DNA from: Marsupella aquatica
Lineage: Eukaryota > Plantae > Marchantiophyta
DNA: 64,000 nucleotides
Direction of reading: 5' to 3'
Assembly: GCA_973895155.1 (NCBI GenBank)
Contig: OZ316891.1
Location: forward strand, 22,773,884-22,837,883
The stretch's first letter is position 1, and each line of letters begins with the position of its first letter. Position numbers and translations under genes: made by a program. The notes under the pieces were generated by a model that ran no database searches, had not been told where the DNA came from, and saw only the letters and a program-made list of their open reading frames with translations. Below are positions 1-12,237 of the stretch, one piece after another.

Positions 1-492
1 ATGCTGTTCGTGGTTATCAGCATGCACTACCTGCTGATATTTCATTGTTGGGGGTGGATCATCTGCATCGTGTTGGCCCCATTGATTTGGTGTTTGCTGG
101 TTAGCCATGTCAGGGCCAATCTAGAGCTGGCGTTAGATATGGACTTCATGATCCACGCTCTACATTGTTTTGGGAGATGTTACGGGTGCTGCGTCATCTT
201 CAGCTACATCAGACAGTCTCTAGCATACATTTTGGAGAATGTGCCATTGTTAGGTGATGATCGTAGTTGGATTGTTGCCAGTGTTCACAAGGTGGCATCT
301 TGGATTGGACTTGCTATGTTATTGGATGTTGCACGTGTGGGTTCTCGTGCACATCGTCCACGCTTGTGGTGGACTAATTTGATCTCATGTGAGGTGCTGA
401 AGCGCGCATTTGACAGCATTCCACGCTCACCAGCCTTAGTGGTGGATGATATTTTGGATCCAGGGCGTCGTGCACAGGGTGTGACCCAACCT

Positions 493-3400
493 TGTAATTA
501 GGTGATTATTCCAAAAAGAGAATTAAAGTATCAAAATCATAAAAAAATTAAAATTTTAAGTTTTTTATAAGCCCCTTTAAGCAAAATTAAGTTAGTATAA
601 GCTGAAATGGGTAAGGATACCATTGGAAGACGTCAAGGCCACCCTGGTTTTCACATATTAAGCGTCAAGATGACAAGAAGTTGAAAGGAGCTTCAAAAAT
701 GAGGTGATGGCCTCCTTGCAGGGACGGCGCCGTCTTGGATGGCCTCCTCATGAAGACGGCAAAGACGGCGCCGGCTTGGACGGCTTCTACATAGGGACGG
801 CCAGGACAACACCCATTTTTTTGCCAAGGATGGCCAACTGCTTTTGCGCCGGCCCGCGTGAAAAACTTGAGGATGTCTTGGACGGCCTCCACGCAGGGAC
901 GTCTAGGACGTCCACCCCGCCATGACCTAATGTGACGTCCGTGCCGGCCCGAGCCTTTTTCTCCATTTTTCTTGAGGGACGTCCATGGCGGCCGGCAGTA
1001 GGGCGCAAGCTTTGACCCTCAGTGCTCACTCGTTAGACCACCATTCGAGCTCGTTTCACTTGCTATAGCAGCACAACTGCCTAGAGATTGTTCACCCCAA
1101 TTCTGAATTGCCATTGATGAGACGTTGAGGAGTATTGGGTCATCAATGCTCTATGATTTCTTGGAATTGAAGAAATTGCAATTTTGAGAGCTTCGCCCAC
1201 ATTTCTATCTCTTTCCAATTCATTTCTTCTCCCACAGCAGCACAGCTACCTTAGATTCCTGAGATTTCATTCTTGAGCCTCAATGCTTAGCCATTTTTAG
1301 GAGGAGAGCTCTCAAGCCTTCTCAGATTTTCTGAGCTATGGCCACCAGAAGCTTATCAATTAGTAAGGCCATTACGGTGACCTTACCCCCAGGTCCTAAG
1401 GCTTACTTTAGACTCCTAAGTAACCTGGTAGAGATGGGCTTGAGTTTCTTACTTTTTCTTCCTTGGGATATGGTGCATGGGTCCATCATTGCCGATTTTC
1501 TTCTTCCACCTTGAGCTGGCGCTTTCCGAAGTTCTACTAGAGGTTCAGCTTATGTGTGTACCGCTGCCGTTGTTTATGAGGTGTACTAGTTGAGCCAGGA
1601 GGGAGAGAGACTGATCTCTATTGGGGAGGACTTGATTATCCCCTACTTTAGAGGCACCAGGGACCGGAGGTCTGGTTGGAAGATTGATCAGTGCAGGAAC
1701 CGGGAGCTAGCTCATCTACTCCGATTCCTTGTACCTATCTTTCATCCGACCAAACCCATCAGGGCAATGGTTTACTTGACCAGCTCTATCATCGTATTAT
1801 GGACCGGCAAGAGGAGGATCAACTGGGCCCTAGCTCTTTCGGAGGTGATCGCCAAGCAGGTATGTGGCTGTCCTGTCTACTACCGGTGATACATATCTGA
1901 CACCCTACTTGGCGCACGTTTACTTTTCAAGAGGCTGCTTGTTACCAGTGGAGCTGAGCAATTGGAGGAGGAGAGCGAGATACTTTGAGCTCCCTCAGCC
2001 AGAGTTAGCGAGAGAGTTGACTCCACCCCCTACGACATCTCCGAGACCCCCTCCAATGGAGCAGACGTCAGCACCGATCTACCAGGGATGACTTCTCCCT
2101 CTTTTGTTGCTTCCACTTCTTACACGTCATGGACTGATTTTGTTGGTGATGCTAAGCGACTAGCTAGTGTGGCTGGTTTCAACCAGCATTTGGTAGATGA
2201 GGCCACTAGACTCTTGAGTTGTACTCCTCTGCAGTTACTTAGTTGACTGTATTTGTGCTTTGCTTTCTGAGTCTCATACTGCCCCACCCCCTCATGTTTC
2301 ACCCCCTGCACCTTCACCATAGCCTGATCACCCTATGGATGTGGATGAGCCGAAGGTACCTATTGCTGATTCTTCACTCCCTCCTCCATCCTCACCTACA
2401 CCCCCTCTACCTGATCCCATTCCTTCCCCTATTATCGATTTTCCTATCCCTCCTATATTTACACCTGAGCATCCTCCATCTCCTACCCCTAAGCCTTTAC
2501 CCCCTCCAGATCCATTCTCCTCCATTGAGGATATCACCCCTTGATGATTCATTTCCCTCTCCTACCAAGGAAGGAGATGAACCTATTCATGAGCCTATTC
2601 CCGAGACTGAGCCTGAGCCTGAGACTGTAGAGCCTTCCAGTGTACCATTTATAGCTCCTACTCCTCTGATGTCTCAGCCTCCTATTGTCTCTTTTGTTGC
2701 CGACATTGAGCCTCTTTTTGTCTTTCCCGCCCAGTTTGATAGGATGATTACGTCACTCATTGACGCACACACTCCCCTTGCACCTCCTTTACCTCCACTT
2801 ATATTTGGTCGTGAGTCTTTTTCCTTTTCCACACACCTACGACATGATTCCAATTTCTCGTGGTATTCTATGGCTGCCTATCGACAAGCTGAGACTACCC
2901 ACGATTGAGACTCCTGACCTTTGGAGTTGGGTTTATCACTGTAGAAAGGTCATAGGACCTTTCCTTCTTCCAGCTCCAGACATTCCATGGCCACCAGATT
3001 ACTTTGTTTGGATCGGACCGGATGGACATCCCATCCGGAAGACCAATGAGCCCCGTTTGATTCGTTACCGTGAGGACCTTTTCCGTCGACAGTATTTGAA
3101 GGGACAGAGGACCAAAGGGAAGATAGCCCTTGGTTATGTAGCTCGCCTCCCTCTACTTGTAGTCGACCCTCCTCCTATTACAGTATGAGATTAGTATTTT
3201 ATTTATAGACTTTTACTTAGCTTTGACTATTGATTATCCTTTAGTCAAAGTTGACTTTTACTTTACTTAGTTTAGACTTAGGAAATGAAGAGGCATGTCT
3301 CTTCATTCTCTTTAGCCCGTGGGCGATCTCATGTACTTATTGTGATACCAGTCTCATTTTGATACAGTGTGGATAGTTATTTGCATCTCCTCATCTTGGA

Positions 3401-4241
3401 GTTTTGTCCCTTGTACGTGTAATGCAATTTTGCAAGGAAGATTTGCATACCTTGGAATTTGATTACTTGTGCTAGGAGTCTACCCCTCCTTCGTATGGTA
3501 ATGCATGTTGCAATTATCGTAATAAGTAAAACCCAGAAAAATACAGTTTGTGGAATGTATTAGAAGATCCGTTAGTTGGTGCCTAATCCAAACTACAACA
3601 TTTGTTGTCCATTTCTGTATTTACATGAAGGACTTATCTTTGGAAGATAAGTATTGCATGAAATCAAGAAATAGAAATCTATATGTTAAGAGGTAGCAAC
3701 ATTCTTAATTCACGGATTTGAAGTACCATTGTGGTATACTGAATGTGCATTAGTTTTCCTTTGGGATTGTGCATCATTGAAGAAGAAAACATGTTGCCAG
3801 CATTTTAATGACACACTACTATACACACAATCCAAAACTTATCTTGGGTTTTGTGAGCATAGACACTTCTTAAACGTAGATTTATGATAGAAACCTAGAG
3901 AGCAGTTATAGCAAGGTTATGTTTGACTTATCAACGTCTCAAATAATGCCATAGCTCTCTCTTAAGACATGGCATGGTGACGGAGTTAAATATTGCTAAA
4001 CTATACCTCTAAAAGCTCTAAGATTCTATTATTCAGCAAATGTCCATTTTGTTCCTATTTTGTTAATTGTCTGTGTTTTGTTTGAGATTCTATTTTTCTT
4101 ATAGATGTTGAGTACCATCTCTAATTAAACCACTCAAAACACTTTAAAACATCTTTTTGTCCCATTCTTGTTCTTCCACGGGAACGGACACCAAGTTTTT
4201 AGCATATATTTGATGATATTTGCTTTTGTTAACATACGACA
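493..4241. mobile_element. 3.75-kb solo-LTR-like insertion (TGT...ACA) with 5-bp TSD AACCT
   Basis: AACCT at 488-492 and 4242-4246. Ends are TGTAAT and CGACA. Removal restores the flanking reading frame (VTQP|DRPPL). Confidence 0.75.
1338..2544 (+). pseudogene. Degenerate retrotransposon accessory ORF (plant-mobile-domain/Athila-ORF-like) with a Pro-rich tail
   Basis: ATG at 1338, with stops and frameshifts. Segments LLFLPWD, WKIDQC..LLRFLVPIFHP and RRINWALAL resemble Gypsy accessory ORFs. Confidence 0.45.
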
Positions 4242-4656
4242 AACCTGATAGACCTCCATTGGCAATGGTCAATGCAGTTGGGCGCCCACGTTGTGCATTA
4301 CCCACTCTTGTAAGCCACTCTGCTTCATATGCATTCAGAGTAAGTGGTCCTAGACTTGTGTGGGGCACAGCTCTCCAGCAGTTAGTGGAATCTACTGCTG
4401 ATGAGAGAGAGCGTGCTATGGGATTTTTGACTGGTACCATTGCAGTTGCCTCTGTGTTAGAGGGTTTGCGGCGCCAAGTTCTTGGTCAAGTAATGGTTCT
4501 GAATTGTTTGACTTGGATTATCAGCTTGGGAGTAGCTGAACAGTTGCGAATGCGCTCTGCTGGAATTACTGATTGTCCCTTGGTGAGCTTGCGGTCCACT
4601 GAGACAGTACTGACCACAACTGGGGACGAGCAGACAGTCCATGGACCTATGACAGG

Positions 4657-5024
4657 GGGTATTTACAAACGACAAGAAACAGAAAACAGTAACAGGAAAC
4701 AGTTACTGGTAACAGGAAAGTGGGTGGTAATTTTTTTGGATTTTTTTTTTGGATTTTTTTTTGAAAATTTTTTTTGGGGAAAAAAAGTTTTTTTTTGTTT
4801 TGGTTTGTCATCATCATATTGCTAGCGCCCGGAGCTAACAATAGCAGCGCTTGGCGCTCGCAAAAAAAACCTGTGATTTTAATTATTTTGAAAAATAAGA
4901 CTTTAAATGGTACATTTTTAGATCGTGTTTTTACTGGTAACAGTAAAATTTTCTTGGTAACAGGAAACTTTTTGCTGGTACCAGTAATCCTGTTTTCCTG
5001 TTTCCTGTCTCGGTGGTGATGCCC
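4657..5024. mobile_element. MITE, Mutator-like (9-bp TSD)
   Basis: TATGACAGG at 4648-4656 and 5025-5033. Imperfect inverted ends (GGGTAT..acagaaaacag / ctgttttcctg..ATGCCC). Removal restores the Gypsy frame. Confidence 0.7.
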
Positions 5025-5033
5025 TATGACAGG

Positions 5034-5891
5034 ATTGGCCAAGGCTAGATAGATTGTTGAGCAGGAAGGGACTGCTCAATCTACCGCTAAATAGCAATTA
5101 TCGGCTATCTCTTTGACCCTACAAAGAGATATTAGGGATTTGGTGGAGAGTTGGGAACCACAGCTTGGCCCTAAGTTGACATGGGAGGAGAGACGTCGCA
5201 TGCATCAATTCCTGAAGAGTTACTGGAATTGTTTTGCATTTAGCATGAAGGATTTGGGGACATTAAAGGGTCATGGTATTCAAATTGAATTGGCTAGTGA
5301 ATCTTTCGTAGGCCATACCGTTACAGTGACATGGAGAGAGCTCTGATTCAAAGCAGAATTCAAGATTTGTTGGAGGCTGGATTGGTGGAGATTTCATATG
5401 GAGAGTATGCATCTGCCATAGTGATGCCAACCAAGAAGGATGCGCATGTGTGGTGATTATAGACCCATTAATTGTCAGGCAAAATCTGATAGATATGCCA
5501 TGCACACACTTGAGGAGATCTTTGATGTTGTGGGGCATGCAAAGGTTTTCAGTTCATTGGATCTGAGGGCAGGGTACCATCAGCTTCCAATTAGGCATGC
5601 TGACAGGTCCAAGACAACATTCTGGGGGATTGATTCTTATGGCAAAGATCGTTTGTATCAGTGGTTATTCTTACCATTTGGGTTGAAGAATGCACCAACT
5701 GAGTTCCAAAGAGTCATGGATCGAATCCTTGCAGGTTTGGATTTTGTCAGATGTTATATTGATGATATTTTGGTCTATTCTTCTACTGTGGAAGAACATC
5801 AGCAGCACTTGCAAATTGTGTTGGAGAGATTGAGAGCACATGGGTTAAAGCTCCATCCTGGCAAGTGTAAGTTCTTCCAAGACCAAATTGA
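5034..5891 (+). pseudogene. Ty3/Gypsy reverse transcriptase fragment, 3'-truncated
   Basis: RMCGDYR, FSSLDLRAGYHQL, PFGLKNAPTEFQRVMD, YIDDILVYS, LKLHPGKCKFF. It breaks off where the YLGH motif is expected (about 5891). Confidence 0.93.
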
Positions 5892-7413
5892 TCAGTCTAT
5901 TCATTAAAACTGGAAAATTCTTTGATCTTTGGACATTTAGGCACCAAAAATATATATATTTGGGCACAAGAATTGTATATTTTGGCAGTGGGAGTTGTAC
6001 ATTTGGGCACCAGATGTTGTACATTTGGGGGATCAAGATTGTACATAGGAGAAAATGAAATATCAATTTGGATTCTAAAGAAAAACATTTGGGCGATAAT
6101 AATGTAAAATATGTTGGATAAGAAGTAGAACTTACTTACATTGATTCAATCTGACTAATAGAATATAATTGTCTAGTAAAGCTTCAATATGATCTCTACC
6201 CATGTAACTAGTAAAGCTTCAATATGATCTCTACCCTTAGCTAGCTAAATTAACCTTCTACTTAGTTACTAATTGAGAGCATTTAATATGTTAAATTTGA
6301 ATGATACTTGGCTTACTATCCATTCAGACAAGTAATTTGTTACATTCTAAGCAACTCAAGTTGAAACTAAGGTTTACTAGTAAGAGGCAGTCACATCCTA
6401 TCATGGATATTAAGACTTCATGTAACATATAATTAGTCTGTATTGATATAATCACTACAACATATTTGACACTTTTGCGAAGGTATTTTTGTCGACGCTC
6501 TTGTATTTCCGATGGGCGGCGCTTTGCATATTTTGCGAATCAACCCGCATCGCAATTTTCGATTCTATCCCTATCGCAGATATAATAGCTGAAGCGCATT
6601 ATATCGCTAATAAATTGCAAAGTACGTGGTTTTGCAAATTTTACCGAAACGCATTGAATGGAAAGGCGCCTTCCGAAGACGGAAAAATCGCTCGCCGACT
6701 CCGAAACTAACTCATGTAAATATTTGCGAAGAAGATTGGATTGAAAATGTTTTGCGATAGTAGTTGTTTGACAAGTTTAAGAATGTCGGAGGATGGAAGA
6801 TTTGCGAAACGGTGAAAATATGAAATTTGTGATTGATTTTGCATCACAAGTTTGCGAAGAGTGTAGTATGGAAATATTGAGAAACGAGAAGATTCATAGA
6901 AATTGCGAGTCCGATGAGAGTTTGTGAGCTTCGCAAATTGTTCGCAAACTAAAAATTAAGATTATTGTGAGGTGAGACAATGAAGAGGGTGGATGGTCCA
7001 ATATATGGATGGGGCAGGAGGGAAGAGGAAGGGAGGATGGAGGGAGGTACAATGAAGGATGGAAAAGGGAGGGAGTACAATGGAAGAGGAAGGAGGGAGG
7101 AGAAAGAGGAAGGGAGGAGGAGGGACAGACGTACCACGGAGGAGGGAAACACGAGAGTGAGAATGAAAATTATGGAATAAGTAGGAAATAAAGTTATATT
7201 GAGCAACAGAGGTTAGATAGAAAGTTGCATGTAAAATTCACAAGTGATCACAATAAAACAATACAATACATATGTCATGAGTATGACTCATTCAAAAGTG
7301 AATGGCAAATATAAATATAGACAATCTTTTTTTTTATATCACCAAACATGAACAAATCAAATATAACATGAACAAATGTCTAGGCTAGACCCAAGTGCAT
7401 ATAAATATGTCCC

Positions 7414-10400
7414 TCACACTTGGTCCTCATCGGCCTCAAGGTCATCTAGGTCTGATACAATAACATCTGGCTTCTCAGAAACAATGGAACGAGAGCATGG
7501 CACATAGGTGATGACAATTGACCACTCGGTGTCTAAGGGGTATGGAATGTAGAAACATTGCTCCAAGTGTGATGGGAAAGCAAATGGTTCTGACGTTTGC
7601 CAATGAGATGCTTGAACACTAGTGGCACTTGTCTTCAACCGTGTAAACCCACTCTCATCGTGAAGTACAGTGCAATTTTGACCAACAAGGTTCACTTTGA
7701 ACCACTTGCACTTGAAGACATATTCCTCAAACTTTGAATGGTTGTCATATGATACCACCAAGATCTCCTCTATCTTCCCATAGTGTGGCACAACATCTCT
7801 AACAATGTTCCTGTCATGGCGGCTGCTTCTGGAGTCTTGAGAAAATTCCCCTTGAACTCCACAATCAAAAGTACGACCCCTCCTTTCATCAAGGGAAGAA
7901 ACCCTGAAATTAACAAAACCCACAAATTTTTATTACACTGTAAAAGATACCATTAATGTAATAATCATCAAAATATGACACCCATCCCTAAATAGCCAAA
8001 ACCCACATGGCCTATGGCATAAATATAGAAGCCAACATTACAGTTATGGATGTCATTAATGATAATAGAAAGTTTTTAAACAATAGAAATAACTAATCAA
8101 AATAAGGTCTACATGAATTAATAGAGGAAGAAAGGTTAGGTACTAGTGGACCTGAAGTGTCTCCCTTGTGTCCACATAGCCGTCTTGGATGTCACCACTC
8201 TCAAAGGGCCATGAACAATGGTCCAAATGTCATCTGTGATGGTAGGAAAGTGGGACACATCTCCTCCTTGTGTCACCATGTCATCCAACTCAAGCAACTT
8301 TTGCTTCATATACTCATGCATCTTAGGAAAAATTCTTGCTCTTTGACTTGTTCTCTTGGCATTCTCATAAAACTCTCTCCATTTCTCCATGATATTACTA
8401 TTACTCAACATAAATGTTGTCAACTGTGACCACTCTGTTGATGTCAACATGCGTGTTTTTATGGCACCTGTTAAACGGTCCTCCTCCTCTTCTCTTTCCT
8501 CCATCCAAGTACGTGGACAAGTAGGATCAATGGTGGCCAAGATGTTACTACAATAAAACATACTCTCTGCTGCCAAGTATCCTGTAGCTATGCTTCCCTC
8601 CACCCGTGCACGGTTACGTACATAAGCCTTCAACACCGCCATGTAACGCTCAAGCCAATACATCCATCTACAATGCACTGGACCTGCAATGGCAACCTCC
8701 CGCACAAGATGCACAAGTAAATGAACCTGACAATCAAAGAAGGAAGGAGGAAGGGCTTTCTCCAACTTGCATACCACCTCAGCTGCCAATACTTCCATCC
8801 CAGGGATCTCTTCTACATATATCTCCTTTGAGCATATCCATCTCAACAAACGACCCAATGACCAGATGGCATCTTGCACTTCTTCACTCACTATACCTAT
8901 AATTGCCACTGGCAATATATGCTGCAATAGGCGATGATAGTCATGTGTCTTCAGATATCGTGGCCACTTGTGATTGTCCTCCATCCCAAAAGCTTTTCGA
9001 AGGTTGGCACCATAGCCTGTAGGAAACCGCATCTCTCCTATACGGTTCCAAAATTCACGTCTTTGGCCAACACTCAACACCCAAGGAGCAGAAGGACGAT
9101 TCTCCACACTTGTGATAGGATCAATTGTCACCCAAACATCTGGATGCATTTCCATCTCCTCGCATGCCTCCCTAAAATTAGTGTCCTTCTCCCCATAAAA
9201 ATGCTTTATCAAAGCCTTCCCCACATTTCCCTCTATGTGCATGGGGTCTAAAAGATGGCGGATCTTCAACTCAGACCAATAGGGCAAAGTGGCTAGTATA
9301 CTCCACCTGGTCAAACCTGTCCTATCAAAGGTGAAGGAATCATTTGGGTCTGCCACCCTATCAGCTAGTGACTTCCAATGTGCAAAACTTGTTGCATCAG
9401 GAATTTCACGCTCATCACCAAATGGCATGTCAAAGGAGGAGAATAGAAGTGGGTCAAACCTCATCTCATGCCCCATGGGAAGAAACTTTGTATGCCCAAT
9501 ATAAACAATCTTTCTAATCCATGAACAATATGTGGCCATGTCCTCTAAGCTTGGGCCACAAGTAGAGCAAGCTTTGTACCCCTGAGTTTGCAATCCAGAG
9601 ACAAAACCAAACCCTGCTTACATAGAAGAAATCAAACCATGCAAACTTTATGTTAGAGTTGTCACATGAGAAACGTCAATAGGAACTACACATTATTGAA
9701 GGGTTGCAAATGGCATGGAAGTCATCTTACCAGGATAGTCATGCATTGTCCAACAAATGATCCCTCTCAATTGAAAGACACGTGGAAAACCTCATGTAAT
9801 TTTCCTGCCATCATATGCCCACACTCCATTCCATAATTTTTGAAGTTCTCCAACCAATAGTGTCAAGTAAGTGTCAAAGTTCTTCACCTTTTTTGGACTT
9901 GGGATAATCAAAGACAATAAAAGGAACCCCTTCTTCATGGATAGCCATGGTGGGAGGTTATAATTCATGACAACCACAGGCCAAACTGATGTAGGTTGCC
10001 CCTTTCCTCCAAGTTAATGAGGGCTAACTCCATCAGATGCCAATCCTAGCCTCACATGGCGAGGATCATGTGCAAAGTCTGGCCATGTTGCCTCAATATG
10101 TTTGTGAGCAGGGGAGTCAACTGGCAACCGCATGACACCAGACTCTGATCGATGAGTCTTATGCCATACCATCAACTCTGCCAAGTCAGAACACCGATAC
10201 ATGTGCAACAACCGAGGAATGATGGGAAACCAACGAACAGCCTTCCTTGGCACCTTCTTTGTTAGCATGTTGGGGTCATAGCGAGGCTCATCACATGTTG
10301 TACATTGTGTCATGTTTGCATTGGCCCCATGAAATAACATGCAATCATTCACACATGCATGAACAATATGATATTCCATGCCAATAGATGAGAGAACACT

Positions 10401-12237
10401 CTTTGCCTCCTTCCAAGTTGCTGGCAACACATTCTCAGTGGGCAACATAAGGTCATGGCAAAGTGCAAACATATCAGATAACAAGGCATTGCTTGCCTTG
10501 TGTTTGGCCTGTAGGTTCATCAACCCCAAGATGGCTGAAAGATGACTCAAACGAGCACCCTCATAGATAGGTGTTCGGGCATGTTCCTCTACTTCTTCCC
10601 ATTGGCGTTGTCCCTCAGGGGTATGTCTTGGGCGTGGATCATTGGGGGGCACCTGCCCTTCATTGGGAAGGTCATCACCAAGGTTGTCGGCACCAAACCA
10701 ATCAACCATAAAGTCATCCATGGCTCTATCCTGGTCATCAGTTACTTGTTCATCCGTCCGAGGTACCTCTTCATCAGGGTTACTGCTTCCACTAGCACTT
10801 GATGAGGAGTGTGACTCTGATCCATGTCCTTCTTCTGGCATACCCATTTCTCGATATGTTGCTCTCAATCTCCGTGGTAACATATTTGGAGAGGGTCGCA
10901 CATTCTAAAAACAAAGCAAACAATTGAAAGTTAGATTGCAAAGAGAACACACACAAAAATGGGCTAGGGGTGTGCAAAAATGAAATAATATTGGTTGTGG
11001 TGCAAATACAAAATGTGGCCAAAGGCCATATGTAGTGTCCTTTGATATGCAACATACCACCTATGACCCTTAACTTAACCCTAATCCCACTCATAGTGAG
11101 TAAATAACTCATCCCCTGAGTTAATGGTCCTTGTTGCTACAACTAGGCAATGGTCATGATGATATGTCTGGCCATAAGGTGCTGGCGGAGGACCCTCAAT
11201 GAAAACCCACTCACAATTTTGCCTACGCTTAGGGCAAGTCCCCACGGTACTGTTTATGAAACCAGCAATATTCCCAGTCCGTATGGGGTCCCCATCTATG
11301 ACACGCTGCTCACTATACCTTCTAGTGTTTCCATCAAAAGTATCCATGTCCAATGCATAAGTCTTCCACTCAGGGTGTTGTGCAAGGATCATGTTCCAAT
11401 GTCTTCTCTTGTAGATGGGTCCACCATAAGGAAACAAAGTAGGCCCCTCTCGGCCGCGTCCACCTCTACCACTCTCGGCGTCCACAATGATGTCCTCACA
11501 GGCAAAAACTCCATAGCCATGTCTATCCCCAAGTGTGGAAGGTTTGATAACCCAACGTCTACTCCAAAACTCTACCTCCGCACCGTAGGAAAGCTATACG
11601 TTGTGGCAAACCAAGAGTCTCAGGATACCAGTCCTTGATGATAGGGACACATGTGCCAGTGAACTCATAATCACCCCACCGACCCATAACCACTGCCTTG
11701 TACAAATCAGTATCCCCTCGGGCCCGCCTCTTGGAACGCTTTCTCCCTCTTGGGACAATAGCCTCAACCCCAACTTCCCTAGGACTGGTGGGCCTTGCCG
11801 CTAGACCCAAGGCTTTTGAGAATGCATTGCCTATAGCATCTAGAACACCTTGTGATGGGACATAGGGTGCTTGTGCCGCAGGTCTAGGCCTATTGGATAC
11901 CTATTCCACCAAAACCAAAACAAACAAAAGTAGGTATGAAATTGCAAACCTTCAACCATTGAGTAATGGGAATAGGGTAGGAAAACTAAGGCATAACACT
12001 TACCATATGAGATGAAGAAGCCCCTGCCGTATGACGTCCACAACGCCCATATCTCTCAATATGTTGGGCACATATGTAAGATTTTTGGGAAACCTGACCC
12101 ACACATCTGGAATATTCACAAAGTTGACAGGGTGGACCGCGAGGAGGAGGTGCGGTCGTGTGAGGTTGAGGTGGAGGTGGTGTATCTTCATCAGAGGAGG
12201 ACGAGTCTGTGGTGGAGATTTCAGAAGATGAAGACAT
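7414..12237 (-). pseudogene. CACTA transposase (TnpD/Tnp2-like), multi-exon, with premature stops
   Basis: Exon 12237-12004 has a CxxC...HIERYG Zn-binding motif. From 10904: HACVNDCMLF, CTTCDEPRY, LGLASDGVSP, YNLPPW, DPMHIEGNV, KTHDYH, HLLVHL..GPVHCRWMYWLER, and C-terminal YGKIEEI..FKCKWF. Confidence 0.92.
11081..11900 (-). pseudogene. SET-domain exon nested in the transposase intron (one frameshift near 11580)
   Basis: WVIKPSTLGDRHGYGVFACEDI, FPYGG, IDGDPIRTGNIAGFINST...NCEW, VATRTINSGDELFTHY. Phase-0 AG acceptor at 11902-11901. Confidence 0.82.

Larger units (their letters stand above)
3..4545 (+). pseudogene. C5-cytosine DNA methyltransferase domain within a Gypsy polyprotein, split by the insertion at 493-4241
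   Basis: Frame 3 from nt 3 reads GPIDLVFAG*PCQGQSRAGVRYGLHDPRSTLFWEM (motif IV, PC at 105-110, TAG at 102-104). After a frameshift near 210, frame 1 reads YILENV (motif VI) and AHRPRLWWTNL (motif VIII). From 4247 it reads ERERAMGFLTG (motif IX) and RRQVLGQVM (motif X). Motif I lies outside the window. Confidence 0.85.

Noticed and set aside
1-501. 166-aa ORF as a membrane protein
   Set aside because: Its first 70 or so codons are the wrong frame of the DNMT; only the part from about YILENV is real.
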